Below are positions 30,853 through 39,115 of a DNA stretch of 64,000 nucleotides, piece after piece. Source of the stretch: Dehalococcoidia bacterium (GTDB taxonomy: Bacteria; Chloroflexota; Dehalococcoidia; SM23-28-2; HRBIN24); the NCBI GenBank assembly GCA_032249735.1, contig JAVVHA010000001.1, positions 70,041 through 134,040 of the forward strand. Direction: 5' to 3'. Made by a program: the position numbers and the translations under genes. The notes beneath the pieces were generated by a model that ran no database searches, was not told the origin of the DNA, and saw only the letters and a list, made by a program, of their open reading frames with translations. How positions within the stretch are numbered: position 1 is the first letter of the stretch; the number at the start of each line of letters is the position of its first letter.

Positions 30853-31269
30853 ATGGACGGAGTCCTCTTGGCGGGGCGCATTCTCACTGCCATCCTGTTC
30901 GTCCTCAGTGGCATAAATCACTTTGCGCAGCGACAGGCTATGAGCCAGTATACGGCCCACATGGGTGTGCCCATGGCCGAGCTGGCGGTGTTGGGCTCCG
31001 GCGCCTACATAGTGGCTGTGGGGCTGCTTTATGCCCTGGGAGTTTGGCCAGACCTGATGGCCCTTCTCTTGGCCGCCTTCTTAGTGCCGGTGGCTCTCAT
31101 CATGCACCGCTTCTGGGCCATCTCAGACCCCGCAATGAGGGCCACCCAGATGGCCCACTTCCTTAAGAACATCGCCTTAGCGGGTGCAGCTCTGGTGGCC
31201 TTTGCTTTCTTTCAGCAGTTCGGGACGGAGGTGGGGTTGACCATCACCGATCCTTTGTTCGGGGGCTAA
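30853..31269 (+). CDS. DoxX-family membrane protein
   Basis: The start was chosen at a GAGGAGG-preceded ATG (MDGVLLAGRILTAILFVLSG). It has 4 TM helices and is ~138 aa. Confidence 0.75.
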   Translation: MDGVLLAGRILTAILFVLSGINHFAQRQAMSQYTAHMGVPMAELAVLGSGAYIVAVGLLYALGVWPDLMALLLAAFLVPVALIMHRFWAISDPAMRATQMAHFLKNIALAGAALVAFAFFQQFGTEVGLTITDPLFGG

Positions 31270-31333
31270 TTATCGACGCGTCAGCCCAGTGTCTGTCGAT
31301 GGTCTAACCATCATCGATCCCTTGTTGGGGGGG
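31235..31333 (+). repeat. Degenerate direct repeat of the DoxX gene 3' end (~31 bp, ~84% identity), copies 35 bp apart
   Basis: Copy 1 is GGTTGACCATCACCGATCCTTTGTTCGGGGGC (31235-31266, encodes LTITDPLFGG*). Copy 2 is GGTCTAACCATCATCGATCCCTTGTTGGGGGGG (31301-31333, would encode LTIIDPLLGG). Confidence 0.7.
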
Positions 31334-31768
31334 CATAGTGCTCACGGGGCATCTCCTCTAGGGTTTCCTTGACCTGGTCAAAGCCCTTGAGGCGCCTCTC
31401 CTCCCATCTCCCCTCCTGCCTCTCGGCCTCCAGCTAAAGGAGCTCGGCGCAATCGAGTATGCCTTGAGCCTCATAGGGGAGCACACGTCTGCCACCTGCG
31501 CTCCCCCACGAGGCGATTAGAGAATTGATAGACGCGAAAGGGGGTGAAATACGCTTGACCCCTTGCCTCAGGGCTTGCAGCTAGACGCGTTCGCGTCAAT
31601 CGAACCAAGCTGAGGTTGAAAGCCGTGCTCGCAGCACCACCCCCTCGTTGTGAGAAGCGCCTCAGGGGAGGAGAGTTAAAGTGGGAGCAGGGTTCGGGGG
31701 GCGACATCTGCGGCCCTCTCAATGGCTGAAGGCCAGGGCAGGGGCTAGCCTCCAGCCTCGCCGCGCCC

Positions 31769-32191
31769 CTAGGATGGCTGATATCTGCCCACCGAGAACG
31801 CCAGGATCATGGGTATGTCAACGGCACCCACCGCCAGCGTCGCGATGAGAAAGGCGAGCTGGCGAGCCGGCAGCTCGTTATAGACGAACACGAACATCAG
31901 CAGCGCGGCGATGAGCCCGTAAGCCACGAGGGTCCAGCCGCCCACCGTGAAGAAGGGGCGCCAGGCGAAGTCGCGGGCCCGGGCCAGCGCGACGACGTTG
32001 ACCACCACAGCCGCCGCGGCAACGCTCAGCAGGCCGATAGCAGGCGCAAGGGGCGGCTCATTGGGCAGCGAGGCGGAGAGGTAGCTCACCCCCGAGATGG
32101 CGAGCCCCAGGGCCAACGCCCCTACCAAAGCTACCGGTGGCAGCTTTCGTTCCGGGCCGACGTCCCCTGCCGTCCGCCCGACCTCGCTCAT
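31769..32191 (-). CDS. Hypothetical polytopic membrane protein (140 aa)
   Basis: It has ~4 hydrophobic helices. Its start overlaps the stop of the upstream membrane protein by ATGA. Confidence 0.5.
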   Translation of the reverse strand: MSEVGRTAGDVGPERKLPPVALVGALALGLAISGVSYLSASLPNEPPLAPAIGLLSVAAAAVVVNVVALARARDFAWRPFFTVGGWTLVAYGLIAALLMFVFVYNELPARQLAFLIATLAVGAVDIPMILAFSVGRYQPS

Positions 32192-32802
32192 GACGCCAGC
32201 CTCGCCATGATGATCAGCGTCGCCACCTGCATGACCCCGAGGACGCCTGCACTGTACACGAACCGTCGCATTAGCCGCTCGATGAGCTCCCCGTTCGGCT
32301 CAGGCTTGCGCATCTCAAACAGCACCGCTAGATTGGTTGGCTCGTTCACTCCCAGGGCGACCATCGTCATTACACCCACGACGGCGAACGACGCCAACAC
32401 CCACGCGTGGTGCGGATGAGCGGAGTAGATGGTGCCCAGCTTGACAGCGAGCTGGAAGCCCGCCACCAGCGTGACGGTGACTACCGTCGGCATGATCAGG
32501 GACATCTGGGGCATGAGACGGGAGGTGAGCTCAAGCCTCGCCTGCATCGACATCCGCCCCAAAAGGGGGCCAATCACCAGGCCGAAGAACAGGTCGATGA
32601 TGGTCCATGCCGCCCCGAAGGCCACGTGAGCGAACTCGAGGGCCCATAGCCAGCCGCCCACAACCGCGGTGAGGAGGAAAGCCAGCGCCACCCCAACGAA
32701 CGGCAACCCGGCTAGTGGCACAATGGTGCGGGGCGGTCGTGCCAGTTCCCAAACGGCATGACCCGGCGGGATCGCAGCTGGCTCGGGCGTAGCATCTGTC
32801 AT
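32188..32802 (-). CDS. Hypothetical polytopic membrane protein (204 aa)
   Basis: It has ~5 hydrophobic helices and is first in a two-gene operon. A clean sigma70-like promoter lies directly upstream. Confidence 0.5.
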   Translation of the reverse strand: MTDATPEPAAIPPGHAVWELARPPRTIVPLAGLPFVGVALAFLLTAVVGGWLWALEFAHVAFGAAWTIIDLFFGLVIGPLLGRMSMQARLELTSRLMPQMSLIMPTVVTVTLVAGFQLAVKLGTIYSAHPHHAWVLASFAVVGVMTMVALGVNEPTNLAVLFEMRKPEPNGELIERLMRRFVYSAGVLGVMQVATLIIMARLAS

Positions 32803-32817
32803 GATAGTATTGACGGT

Positions 32818-32846
32818 ATGTTACGACTGATAGCGGACCTTGTCAA
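32818..32846 (-). promoter_or_regulatory. Candidate sigma70-type promoter TTGACA-17-TAACAT for the membrane-protein operon
   Basis: On the minus strand the sequence reads TTGACAaggtccgctatcagtcgTAACAT, and the -10 element ends 15 nt before the ATG at 32802. No SD is visible, so the transcript may be near-leaderless. The region is AT-rich and flanked by a TTGAC...GTCAA inverted repeat. Confidence 0.35.
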
Positions 32847-32901
32847 TAAGTAGCGAGACTGTTTCTTTGTTCAAGTGACCTGAGGTGGCGTCTGCGGAGG
32901 C

Positions 32902-33447
32902 TTAGTCCCCCAGGAGGGTGGTGTAGCCGAGGGCGATGACCTCTTCCACGTACTGGGAACGCCAGCCAGGGTTGGGTATGCGATAGCCGTGTTCCCGGAA
33001 CCAGCGGTGGAGCTTAAGGTACTGTTCCTCAAGATAGCGTCGCCAGGAGTCCTCCTCGCTGAAGAGCTCCGGATCCACCTCCTCCAGCCTTTTGTCCGCC
33101 TCCTCGGGGTCGATGTCCAGGTCCTCTTTCCAGTATTCGGCTAGGTACTCCAGGGACTCCTCCAGCTGGCGCCGGCATTCCTCCAGGATGGCCACCATCA
33201 TGCCGTGCTTGTCCACCTTGCGCCCGCGCAGGCGGACGTCCTTGGCGCATTCGGCGCACAGGGTCACCAGCTTACGGGCCTCACAGTACTCGTCTTTGCG
33301 ACATCCTTCACATAACGGGGCCCAATGGGCCGCCTCGGGCGCCCGCAAATACCCGACATAGATCTCGTCGGCGAGGGCGCCACACCTGGGGCAGCTGACC
33401 TTCTCGGCTAATATCTCGTTAATGGCCCGCTGCCAGTCGATATGCAT
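32902..33447 (-). CDS. Hypothetical Cys-rich protein (zinc-ribbon-like N-terminus, acidic helical C-terminus)
   Basis: 181 aa. The N-terminal 75 aa contain four CxxC pairs (CPRC, CEGC, CAEC) plus single Cys residues. The C-terminal half is acidic with predicted helices. Confidence 0.5.
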   Translation of the reverse strand: MHIDWQRAINEILAEKVSCPRCGALADEIYVGYLRAPEAAHWAPLCEGCRKDEYCEARKLVTLCAECAKDVRLRGRKVDKHGMMVAILEECRRQLEESLEYLAEYWKEDLDIDPEEADKRLEEVDPELFSEEDSWRRYLEEQYLKLHRWFREHGYRIPNPGWRSQYVEEVIALGYTTLLGD

Positions 33448-33508
33448 AGCTCCTCATTCATAATACCATGGGCGTATCATCGCCCTGTCAACCGCCGCCT
33501 TTTGCCCG

Positions 33509-34936
33509 CTAGCCCTTTGGGGCGTCCAAGGTGGGCCAGTGGTGGGCCCAAGGGCGGGCTTGCTCGTAGGCGTAGGCTGCCTGCAGCACCAGGTCCTCGC
33601 GCAACCTGGGCCCGACGATCTGGAGGCCCACTGGCAGGCCGGCATCGGTGAAACCGGCGCGGACGGTGGCCGCAGGGTGGCCCGTGAAGTTGAAGGGATA
33701 GGTGAAGGGGATGTACGCCATAGGGTTCTCCACCGGCTGGCCGGCTATCTCCATGCTGAGACGCCCATGGGCATCTATGGCCTCTGTGGCCGTGGTGGGG
33801 GTGAGGAGCAGGTGGTACCTCTCAAATAGGTGCCAGAGACGGTTGACCCACTCAGCCCGCAGTCGCTGGGCCCAGGCGTACCGCTCCACGTTCACCTCCA
33901 AGGCCCTCTCGGTCATGGCCAGGAAGCCGCGGCCGAACTCATGCCTGTGTTGCGGGAGCTTATCGGCGATGCGGGCCCACGTCTCACCAGCCTCCACCGT
34001 GGCCCACGCAGCGGCTGGGTCGGGGAAGGTCTCCTCCAGCTCCTCTACCTCCCACCCCAGCGACTGAAAGACACGGGCCGCTGCCTCCGCCTCCCGCAAC
34101 ACGTCGGGCTGAACCCTCGCATAACCCAGGGTGGGGCTCCAGGCCACCCGCAGCCGAGGCAACGGCCGCTCCAGACACTCGACATAAGAAATGCCTGGGT
34201 GAGGCAGGGACTTGGGGTCTGCCGGGTGGTCGCCCACCACACAGTCCAGATATAGGGCGGCATCGCGCACGGTGCGGGTGATGGGGCCATAGCAGACCAT
34301 ATCGCCCCATGGGAGCATATCGGTGGGGCCTAAAGGTATGCGGCCGAACTGGGGCTTGATGCCGAAGCAGCCGGTGTAGGCAGCGGGGATGCGGATGGAG
34401 CCTCCGGCGTCCGAGGCGGTAGCCAGGGGCACCATCCCTGCAGCGATGGCCGCTGCCGCGCCGCCGCTGGAGCCCCCGGGGGTCCTCTCCAGATTCCAGG
34501 GGTTACGGGTGGCGCCGAAGAGGAGGTTGCGGCAGAAGAAGGTATAGCCGAACTCGGGGACGTTGGTCTTCCCCACCACTATGGCCCCAGCCCTCTTGAG
34601 CCGCTCCACCTGCACTGAGTCCCTGGAAGGCCAGTTGTCCTTAAAGGGGACGGAACCATAGGTGGTAGGGAGCCCCGCGGCATCCTCCAAGTCCTTTACG
34701 CCGAGGGGAAGGCCGGCCAAAGGCCCCACCTCCTCCCCCCGGGCTATGCGCTCGGCCATCTGGCGCGCCTCTTGCAGCGCCTCCTCCGCCCTGAGACTTA
34801 CAAAGGCGTTAATCACCGGGTTCACTTCCTGGATGTGCCGCAGACACGCCTCCATAAGCTCCACTGGCGAAAGCTCCTTCCGCCGGACAAGGGAAGCCAG
34901 CTCATAGGCGGACATGAAGTTAAGGTCCTGGGCCAT
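33509..34936 (-). CDS. Amidase-signature family amidase
   Basis: It has the GGSSGG amidase signature ([16 protein letters not shown]), a catalytic Ser in GGSIRIP and Lys in LGVKD. Confidence 0.85.
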   Translation of the reverse strand: MAQDLNFMSAYELASLVRRKELSPVELMEACLRHIQEVNPVINAFVSLRAEEALQEARQMAERIARGEEVGPLAGLPLGVKDLEDAAGLPTTYGSVPFKDNWPSRDSVQVERLKRAGAIVVGKTNVPEFGYTFFCRNLLFGATRNPWNLERTPGGSSGGAAAAIAAGMVPLATASDAGGSIRIPAAYTGCFGIKPQFGRIPLGPTDMLPWGDMVCYGPITRTVRDAALYLDCVVGDHPADPKSLPHPGISYVECLERPLPRLRVAWSPTLGYARVQPDVLREAEAAARVFQSLGWEVEELEETFPDPAAAWATVEAGETWARIADKLPQHRHEFGRGFLAMTERALEVNVERYAWAQRLRAEWVNRLWHLFERYHLLLTPTTATEAIDAHGRLSMEIAGQPVENPMAYIPFTYPFNFTGHPAATVRAGFTDAGLPVGLQIVGPRLREDLVLQAAYAYEQARPWAHHWPTLDAPKG

Positions 34937-35447
34937 GGCGTCCTCCTTGACATAACTCCTCAGAATACCATCCTGACTGTCCCGGGGCCTCCTCCACCCC
35001 TACGGCCAGGCGGCGCAAGGGGAGGTGAGGTGGCAACGAGGCCTTCAGCTCCCAGGTCAGCCACTGGGCTAACCTCTCGGCGGTGGTATTGTCGATGGGG
35101 AGGGGGAGGCAGTCCTCCTTGGGCAAGAGGTACTGGCGGCCCCCGACCTGAAGGCGATAGGCGTCACCCGTCTCCTCCACCTGCAGGAGTGGGCTTCCCA
35201 TGGGCAACAGGAACCGGTGATGAAGACGGCGACAGAGGGCAGCAGCCAAGCCCCGTAGCTGGCGGAAGTCCATGACCCACCCCTCAGGCGCCAGGTCCCC
35301 CCATACCTCCACCACCAGGCGGTAGTTGTGGCCATGCAGGGGTTCCACCTCCTGGGGCGATACGGTGAAGTGGGCAGCGGCAAACCACAGCTCCGCCCCC
35401 TCTACCACCACCCTAAAGGCAGGGCCATTATACTTCGCACTATGCAC
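34920..35447 (-). CDS. 6-pyruvoyl-tetrahydropterin synthase-like protein (QueD/PTPS family)
   Basis: AAHFTVSP ... PLHGHNY is a canonical PTPS motif. It overlaps the downstream amidase by 17 nt. Confidence 0.7.
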   Translation of the reverse strand: MHSAKYNGPAFRVVVEGAELWFAAAHFTVSPQEVEPLHGHNYRLVVEVWGDLAPEGWVMDFRQLRGLAAALCRRLHHRFLLPMGSPLLQVEETGDAYRLQVGGRQYLLPKEDCLPLPIDNTTAERLAQWLTWELKASLPPHLPLRRLAVGVEEAPGQSGWYSEELCQGGRHGPGP

Positions 35448-35535
35448 CTTATGTCTCTTCCTCCGTGCGCATGCCCGGCGCCGCTGGTGAGCGCCGGGGG
35501 CTATTACCGTGTGGCAACATCTTAAGGGTGGCCAC

Positions 35536-35595
35536 GGGCCGGGGTCAATATGGGCATCTGCTTGACAAGGTGGCGGCCCCGGCCTATTTTTTCTC
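35536..35595 (+). terminator. Terminator-like hairpin plus U-tract inside the 5' leader of the DUF4389-like gene (possible attenuator)
   Basis: GGGCCGGGG pairs with CCCCGGCC across a ~30-nt loop, followed by TATTTTTTCTCC on the + strand. It is ~70 nt upstream of the start codon. Two TTGACA hexamers lie nearby. Confidence 0.3.
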
Positions 35596-35667
35596 CAGTG
35601 CCAGTGGTTGACAAATGGCTACCCTCTTATGCCCAAGGTGCCATAACGAGAAAGAGGAGGGGGCGAA

Positions 35668-36246
35668 ATGAGCGGTGCTGGCCAAGCCTATCCGTTGGTG
35701 TTCGATGTGGAATACCCCGAGCGCCTGTCACGCCTGCTCATCTTTGTCAAGTGGCTCCTGGCCCTGCCCCACTGGATCATCCTCTATGGCCTAGGGGTGC
35801 TAGTGGGGGCCATCACCTTCGTGGCCTGGTTTGCCATCCTGTTCACAGGCCGCTATCCCAGGGAACTTTTCGACCTAGTGGTGAAATCCTGGCGGTGGCA
35901 GGCCAACGTCGCTGCCTACGTGGGCCTGATGCGCGATGAGTATCCGCCCTTCTCCTGGGAGGAGGGGCGCTACCCGGTCAGGTTCCAGGTGGAGTATCCA
36001 GAGCGGCTCTCACGGCTCCTCATCTTTGTCAAGTGGCTCCTGGCCCTGCCCCACTATATTGTCCTCTTCCTCTTAGGGCTGGTGGCCTATCTGGCGTGGA
36101 TTGTGGCCTGGTGGGCCATCCTCATCACAGGCCGCTTCCCACGGGCCCTTTTCGACTTCCTGGTGGGGCTAGGGCGCTGGAACTGGCGTGTGCAGGCCTA
36201 CACCAACCTGCTGCGCGACGAATATCCCCCCTTTAGCCTGCGCTGA
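35668..36246 (+). CDS. DUF4389-like membrane protein with internal tandem duplication (tentative family assignment)
   Basis: It has two ~90-aa repeats, each with EYPERLSRLLIFVKWLLALPH[WY]I and two TM helices. An identical 35-bp DNA segment occurs in both halves. Confidence 0.55.
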   Translation: MSGAGQAYPLVFDVEYPERLSRLLIFVKWLLALPHWIILYGLGVLVGAITFVAWFAILFTGRYPRELFDLVVKSWRWQANVAAYVGLMRDEYPPFSWEEGRYPVRFQVEYPERLSRLLIFVKWLLALPHYIVLFLLGLVAYLAWIVAWWAILITGRFPRALFDFLVGLGRWNWRVQAYTNLLRDEYPPFSLR

Positions 36247-36373
36247 GTCCGTCGCCGCCTCCCATGCCCCGGCAGGCCTCGACCCAGCCCACGCCCTGCG
36301 AAAGCCCCCTTGACAGATGGTTTTTCGCCTCCCATCATGTGGCTGAGCATCTCTCAAGGGAAGGATCTATCCG

Positions 36374-38134
36374 TTGGGGGTGACAGAGATGACGGAACCC
36401 AGCAGCTACTGGCAGCGTTTCTGGCAGCGTAGGCTCAGCCGTCGTGCCCTCATGAAGGGCATGCTCCTGGCTGGTGGGGCAGCGGCTGCCTCGCTAGGGG
36501 TGGCCTGTGAGGAAGAGAAGGCCCCAGCCACTCCATCCCCTGCGGCCGTGCGCACCCCGGTGCCCCCCAAGCCCGGCGGCACCGTACGCGCCCCGCTGGT
36601 GGGCCTTTCCTCCGCCAACCCACCCACCTTGGACAACTATAAGGAGCTAACTTACCTAGCCAAGATCCCAGCTGCTTGGCACTACTCTCGGCTCCTCAAG
36701 TACAAGGCTGGGCCGGACATCGACCTATTCGACTACAGCCAGGTGGAGGGTGACCTGGCCGAGAGGTGGGAGATCCCGGAGCCCACGGTGCTCATCTTCC
36801 ACCTGCGGCCCAACATACGCTTCCACAACAAGCCGCCTCTCAACGGCCGCCCCCTGACCCGCGACGACATCCTCTTCTCCGCCCAGCGCATGTCCCAGGA
36901 GTCCCCCGACAGGGGGAACTGGCTAGCCTTCGTGGACCGGGTGGAGGCCCCCGACGACCGCACCGTGCGCATCATCCTCAAGGGGCCCTACGCCCCCGCC
37001 CTCACCATGCTGGCCAACCCAGAGCTCTTCTGGATCCAGCCCAAGGAGATCAAGGAGGCCAACCTGCAGGAGAACCCCATCGGCACCGGGCCCTTCATCT
37101 TCGAGGGGTTCGAGAAGGACGTGGCCATCAGGTGGCGCAAGAACCCCGACTACTACATCCCCAACCGCCCCTTTGTGGACCGGTGGGAGGCCTCGGTGGT
37201 GGGCGACCCGTCCACCATCATCGCCAACCTCAAGACCAAGACCTTCCCCTTTGCTTTGCTGGCGGCGGCCGTCTTCCCCACGGCCCAGGCGGAGCTCCCG
37301 GGCTTCACCTTCACCTTCTCTAAGAACGCGGTGCCCACCTTAATCTACTTCAACTTCGACCTACAGCCGTGGGGGGACGAGCGGGTCAGGCAGGCCTTCT
37401 CCCTGGCCATGGACCGGGAAGGGATGCTCAAGGCGCTGGACCCCACAGGGAAGGGGGGCTATCACTCGGCCATATCCCAACTGCCTCCGTGGTGGCTAGA
37501 CCCCAAGTCGCCTGATTTCGGGCCCAACGCCAGGTACTTCCAGCGCAACGTCGCCGAGGCCAAGAGGCTCCTGGAGGCCGCCGGCTACCCCAACGGCCTG
37601 GACGTCAAGATGTACTATTCGCCCGTATATGGTGCGGCCTTCAACCAGATGGTGGAGCTGGTGGCGGCCACGGTGAAAGATGCCGGCTTCCGGGTGACCC
37701 TGGTGCCCCAGGAGTACGCTGCCTACCTGAGCACCACCTTCCGGGGCAACATCCGCGACGGCATCGCCACTGGGCCCCTTATGGGCTCGCCGGTGGACCC
37801 GGAGCACATCTTCTCCACTGTCTACCACCCCAATAGCCCACGCCACAACTGGGGTGGCACGGGACCTGGCTCCATCGCCCAGGACAAGACCCTGCTGGAC
37901 ATGTTCGATAAGCAGAGGACGGAGCTGGACCTGCAGCGTCGCATCGCCTTGGTACACGACATTCAGCGGTACTTGGCGCAGAAGATGTATTTGGTGCCCC
38001 ATGTGGCCCCTGCTGGCGTATCTGGGTACTGGGCGGACATGGTGGGCTGGGGGGAGAAAGACGTCTGGTTCAGCAAGGGGGGCTATGCTTGGACGGCGGA
38101 GGTGGGGATCCACCTGTGGCTTAAGGGCGCGTAA
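36374..38134 (+). CDS. ABC transporter substrate-binding protein, peptide/nickel (family 5) type, Tat-lipoprotein
   Basis: It has a twin-arginine signal (RRLSRRALMKG) and a lipobox-like LGVAC. The DppA/OppA-like body is ~586 aa. Confidence 0.82.
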   Translation: MGVTEMTEPSSYWQRFWQRRLSRRALMKGMLLAGGAAAASLGVACEEEKAPATPSPAAVRTPVPPKPGGTVRAPLVGLSSANPPTLDNYKELTYLAKIPAAWHYSRLLKYKAGPDIDLFDYSQVEGDLAERWEIPEPTVLIFHLRPNIRFHNKPPLNGRPLTRDDILFSAQRMSQESPDRGNWLAFVDRVEAPDDRTVRIILKGPYAPALTMLANPELFWIQPKEIKEANLQENPIGTGPFIFEGFEKDVAIRWRKNPDYYIPNRPFVDRWEASVVGDPSTIIANLKTKTFPFALLAAAVFPTAQAELPGFTFTFSKNAVPTLIYFNFDLQPWGDERVRQAFSLAMDREGMLKALDPTGKGGYHSAISQLPPWWLDPKSPDFGPNARYFQRNVAEAKRLLEAAGYPNGLDVKMYYSPVYGAAFNQMVELVAATVKDAGFRVTLVPQEYAAYLSTTFRGNIRDGIATGPLMGSPVDPEHIFSTVYHPNSPRHNWGGTGPGSIAQDKTLLDMFDKQRTELDLQRRIALVHDIQRYLAQKMYLVPHVAPAGVSGYWADMVGWGEKDVWFSKGGYAWTAEVGIHLWLKGA

Positions 38135-38158
38135 GGCGGGGGAAGGCTGGCTGAGGCC

Positions 38159-39112
38159 ATGACCGCCTATGTCATCCGGCGGCTGCTGTTGATCTTCCCC
38201 ACCCTGCTGGGGGTGACGCTCCTGGTGGCCGCCATCCTGCGCCTCTTGCCGGGGGATGTGGTGGACATCATGGTCAGCGAGTCGGCCGGGGCCATCGACC
38301 CCCAGCAACTGCGCCATGAGCTGGGCCTAGACCGCGGGTTCCTGCAGTTTTACTGGGACTGGCTCACGGACATCTTACGGGGCGACTTCGGCAAGACGTT
38401 CCGGGGCGGACGTCCCATCGTCGATGAGCTGCGGGACCGGTTCCCAGTGACGCTGGAGCTAGGCCTCTTCGCCCTGCTCATCAGCGCCCTGGTGGCCATA
38501 CCCATCGGGGTGGTGGCAGCCATCAGGCAGGACACCATCCTGGACTACATCAGTCGCAGCTTTGCCATCGGGGCCCTGGCGCTGCCCACCTTCTGGATCG
38601 CCACCTTGGCAGTGGTGTTCGCCCCGCGCTTCTTTGGCAAGTCCTTCCCCCTGTTCTATACGCCCTTTTGGGAGAACCCGTGGGCTAACATCCAGCACGT
38701 ATGGGCGCCGGCCCTCATCCTGGGGCTCGCCGGGGCTGGCCCCCTTATGCGCCTGACGCGCAGCCAGATGCTGGAGGTCTTGCGCCAGGACTACATCCGC
38801 ACCGCTTGGTCCAAGGGGCTGCGGGAGCGGGTGGTGGTGCTGCGGCACGCCTTGAAGAATGCCATGATCCCTGTGGTCACCTTCCTGGGGCTGTCGATCC
38901 CTGCCCTTGTGGGCGGATCGGTGGTGATGGAGTCCATCTTCGTGTTGCCGGGGATGGGGCAGTTCCTGATGCGCTCTCTCCTGGAGAGGGAGTATCTGGC
39001 TGTCCTAGCCATAAACCTCTTGGTGGCTGTGGTGGTGGTCTTCGCCAACCTGGCCATCGACATCACTTATGCCTACTTGGACCCACGAGTTCGCTTTGGG
39101 GGGGAGCATTAG
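38159..39112 (+). CDS. ABC transporter permease (DppB/OppB-like)
   Basis: It has the MTAYVIRRLLLIFPTLLGVT N-terminus and a 6-TM BPD_transp_1 pattern. Confidence 0.88.
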   Translation: MTAYVIRRLLLIFPTLLGVTLLVAAILRLLPGDVVDIMVSESAGAIDPQQLRHELGLDRGFLQFYWDWLTDILRGDFGKTFRGGRPIVDELRDRFPVTLELGLFALLISALVAIPIGVVAAIRQDTILDYISRSFAIGALALPTFWIATLAVVFAPRFFGKSFPLFYTPFWENPWANIQHVWAPALILGLAGAGPLMRLTRSQMLEVLRQDYIRTAWSKGLRERVVVLRHALKNAMIPVVTFLGLSIPALVGGSVVMESIFVLPGMGQFLMRSLLEREYLAVLAINLLVAVVVVFANLAIDITYAYLDPRVRFGGEH

Positions 39113-39115
39113 GTC

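Noticed and set aside
31500-31700. RNase P / SRP / ykkC-like ncRNA candidates in the 31.3-31.8 kb spacer
   Set aside because: Only loose fragments were seen (AAGGGGGUGAAAU, CUCUAGGGUUUCC). The RNase P universal GGAAAGUCCGG, the SRP domain IV and the ykkC GGUCCGAGAG motifs are absent.
31471-31722. 83-aa minus-strand ORF in the long spacer after the DoxX gene
   Set aside because: It has no RBS and a low-complexity product (PPLRRFSQRGGGAAS...). It lies in a region better explained as non-coding. The region itself is reported as a finding instead.
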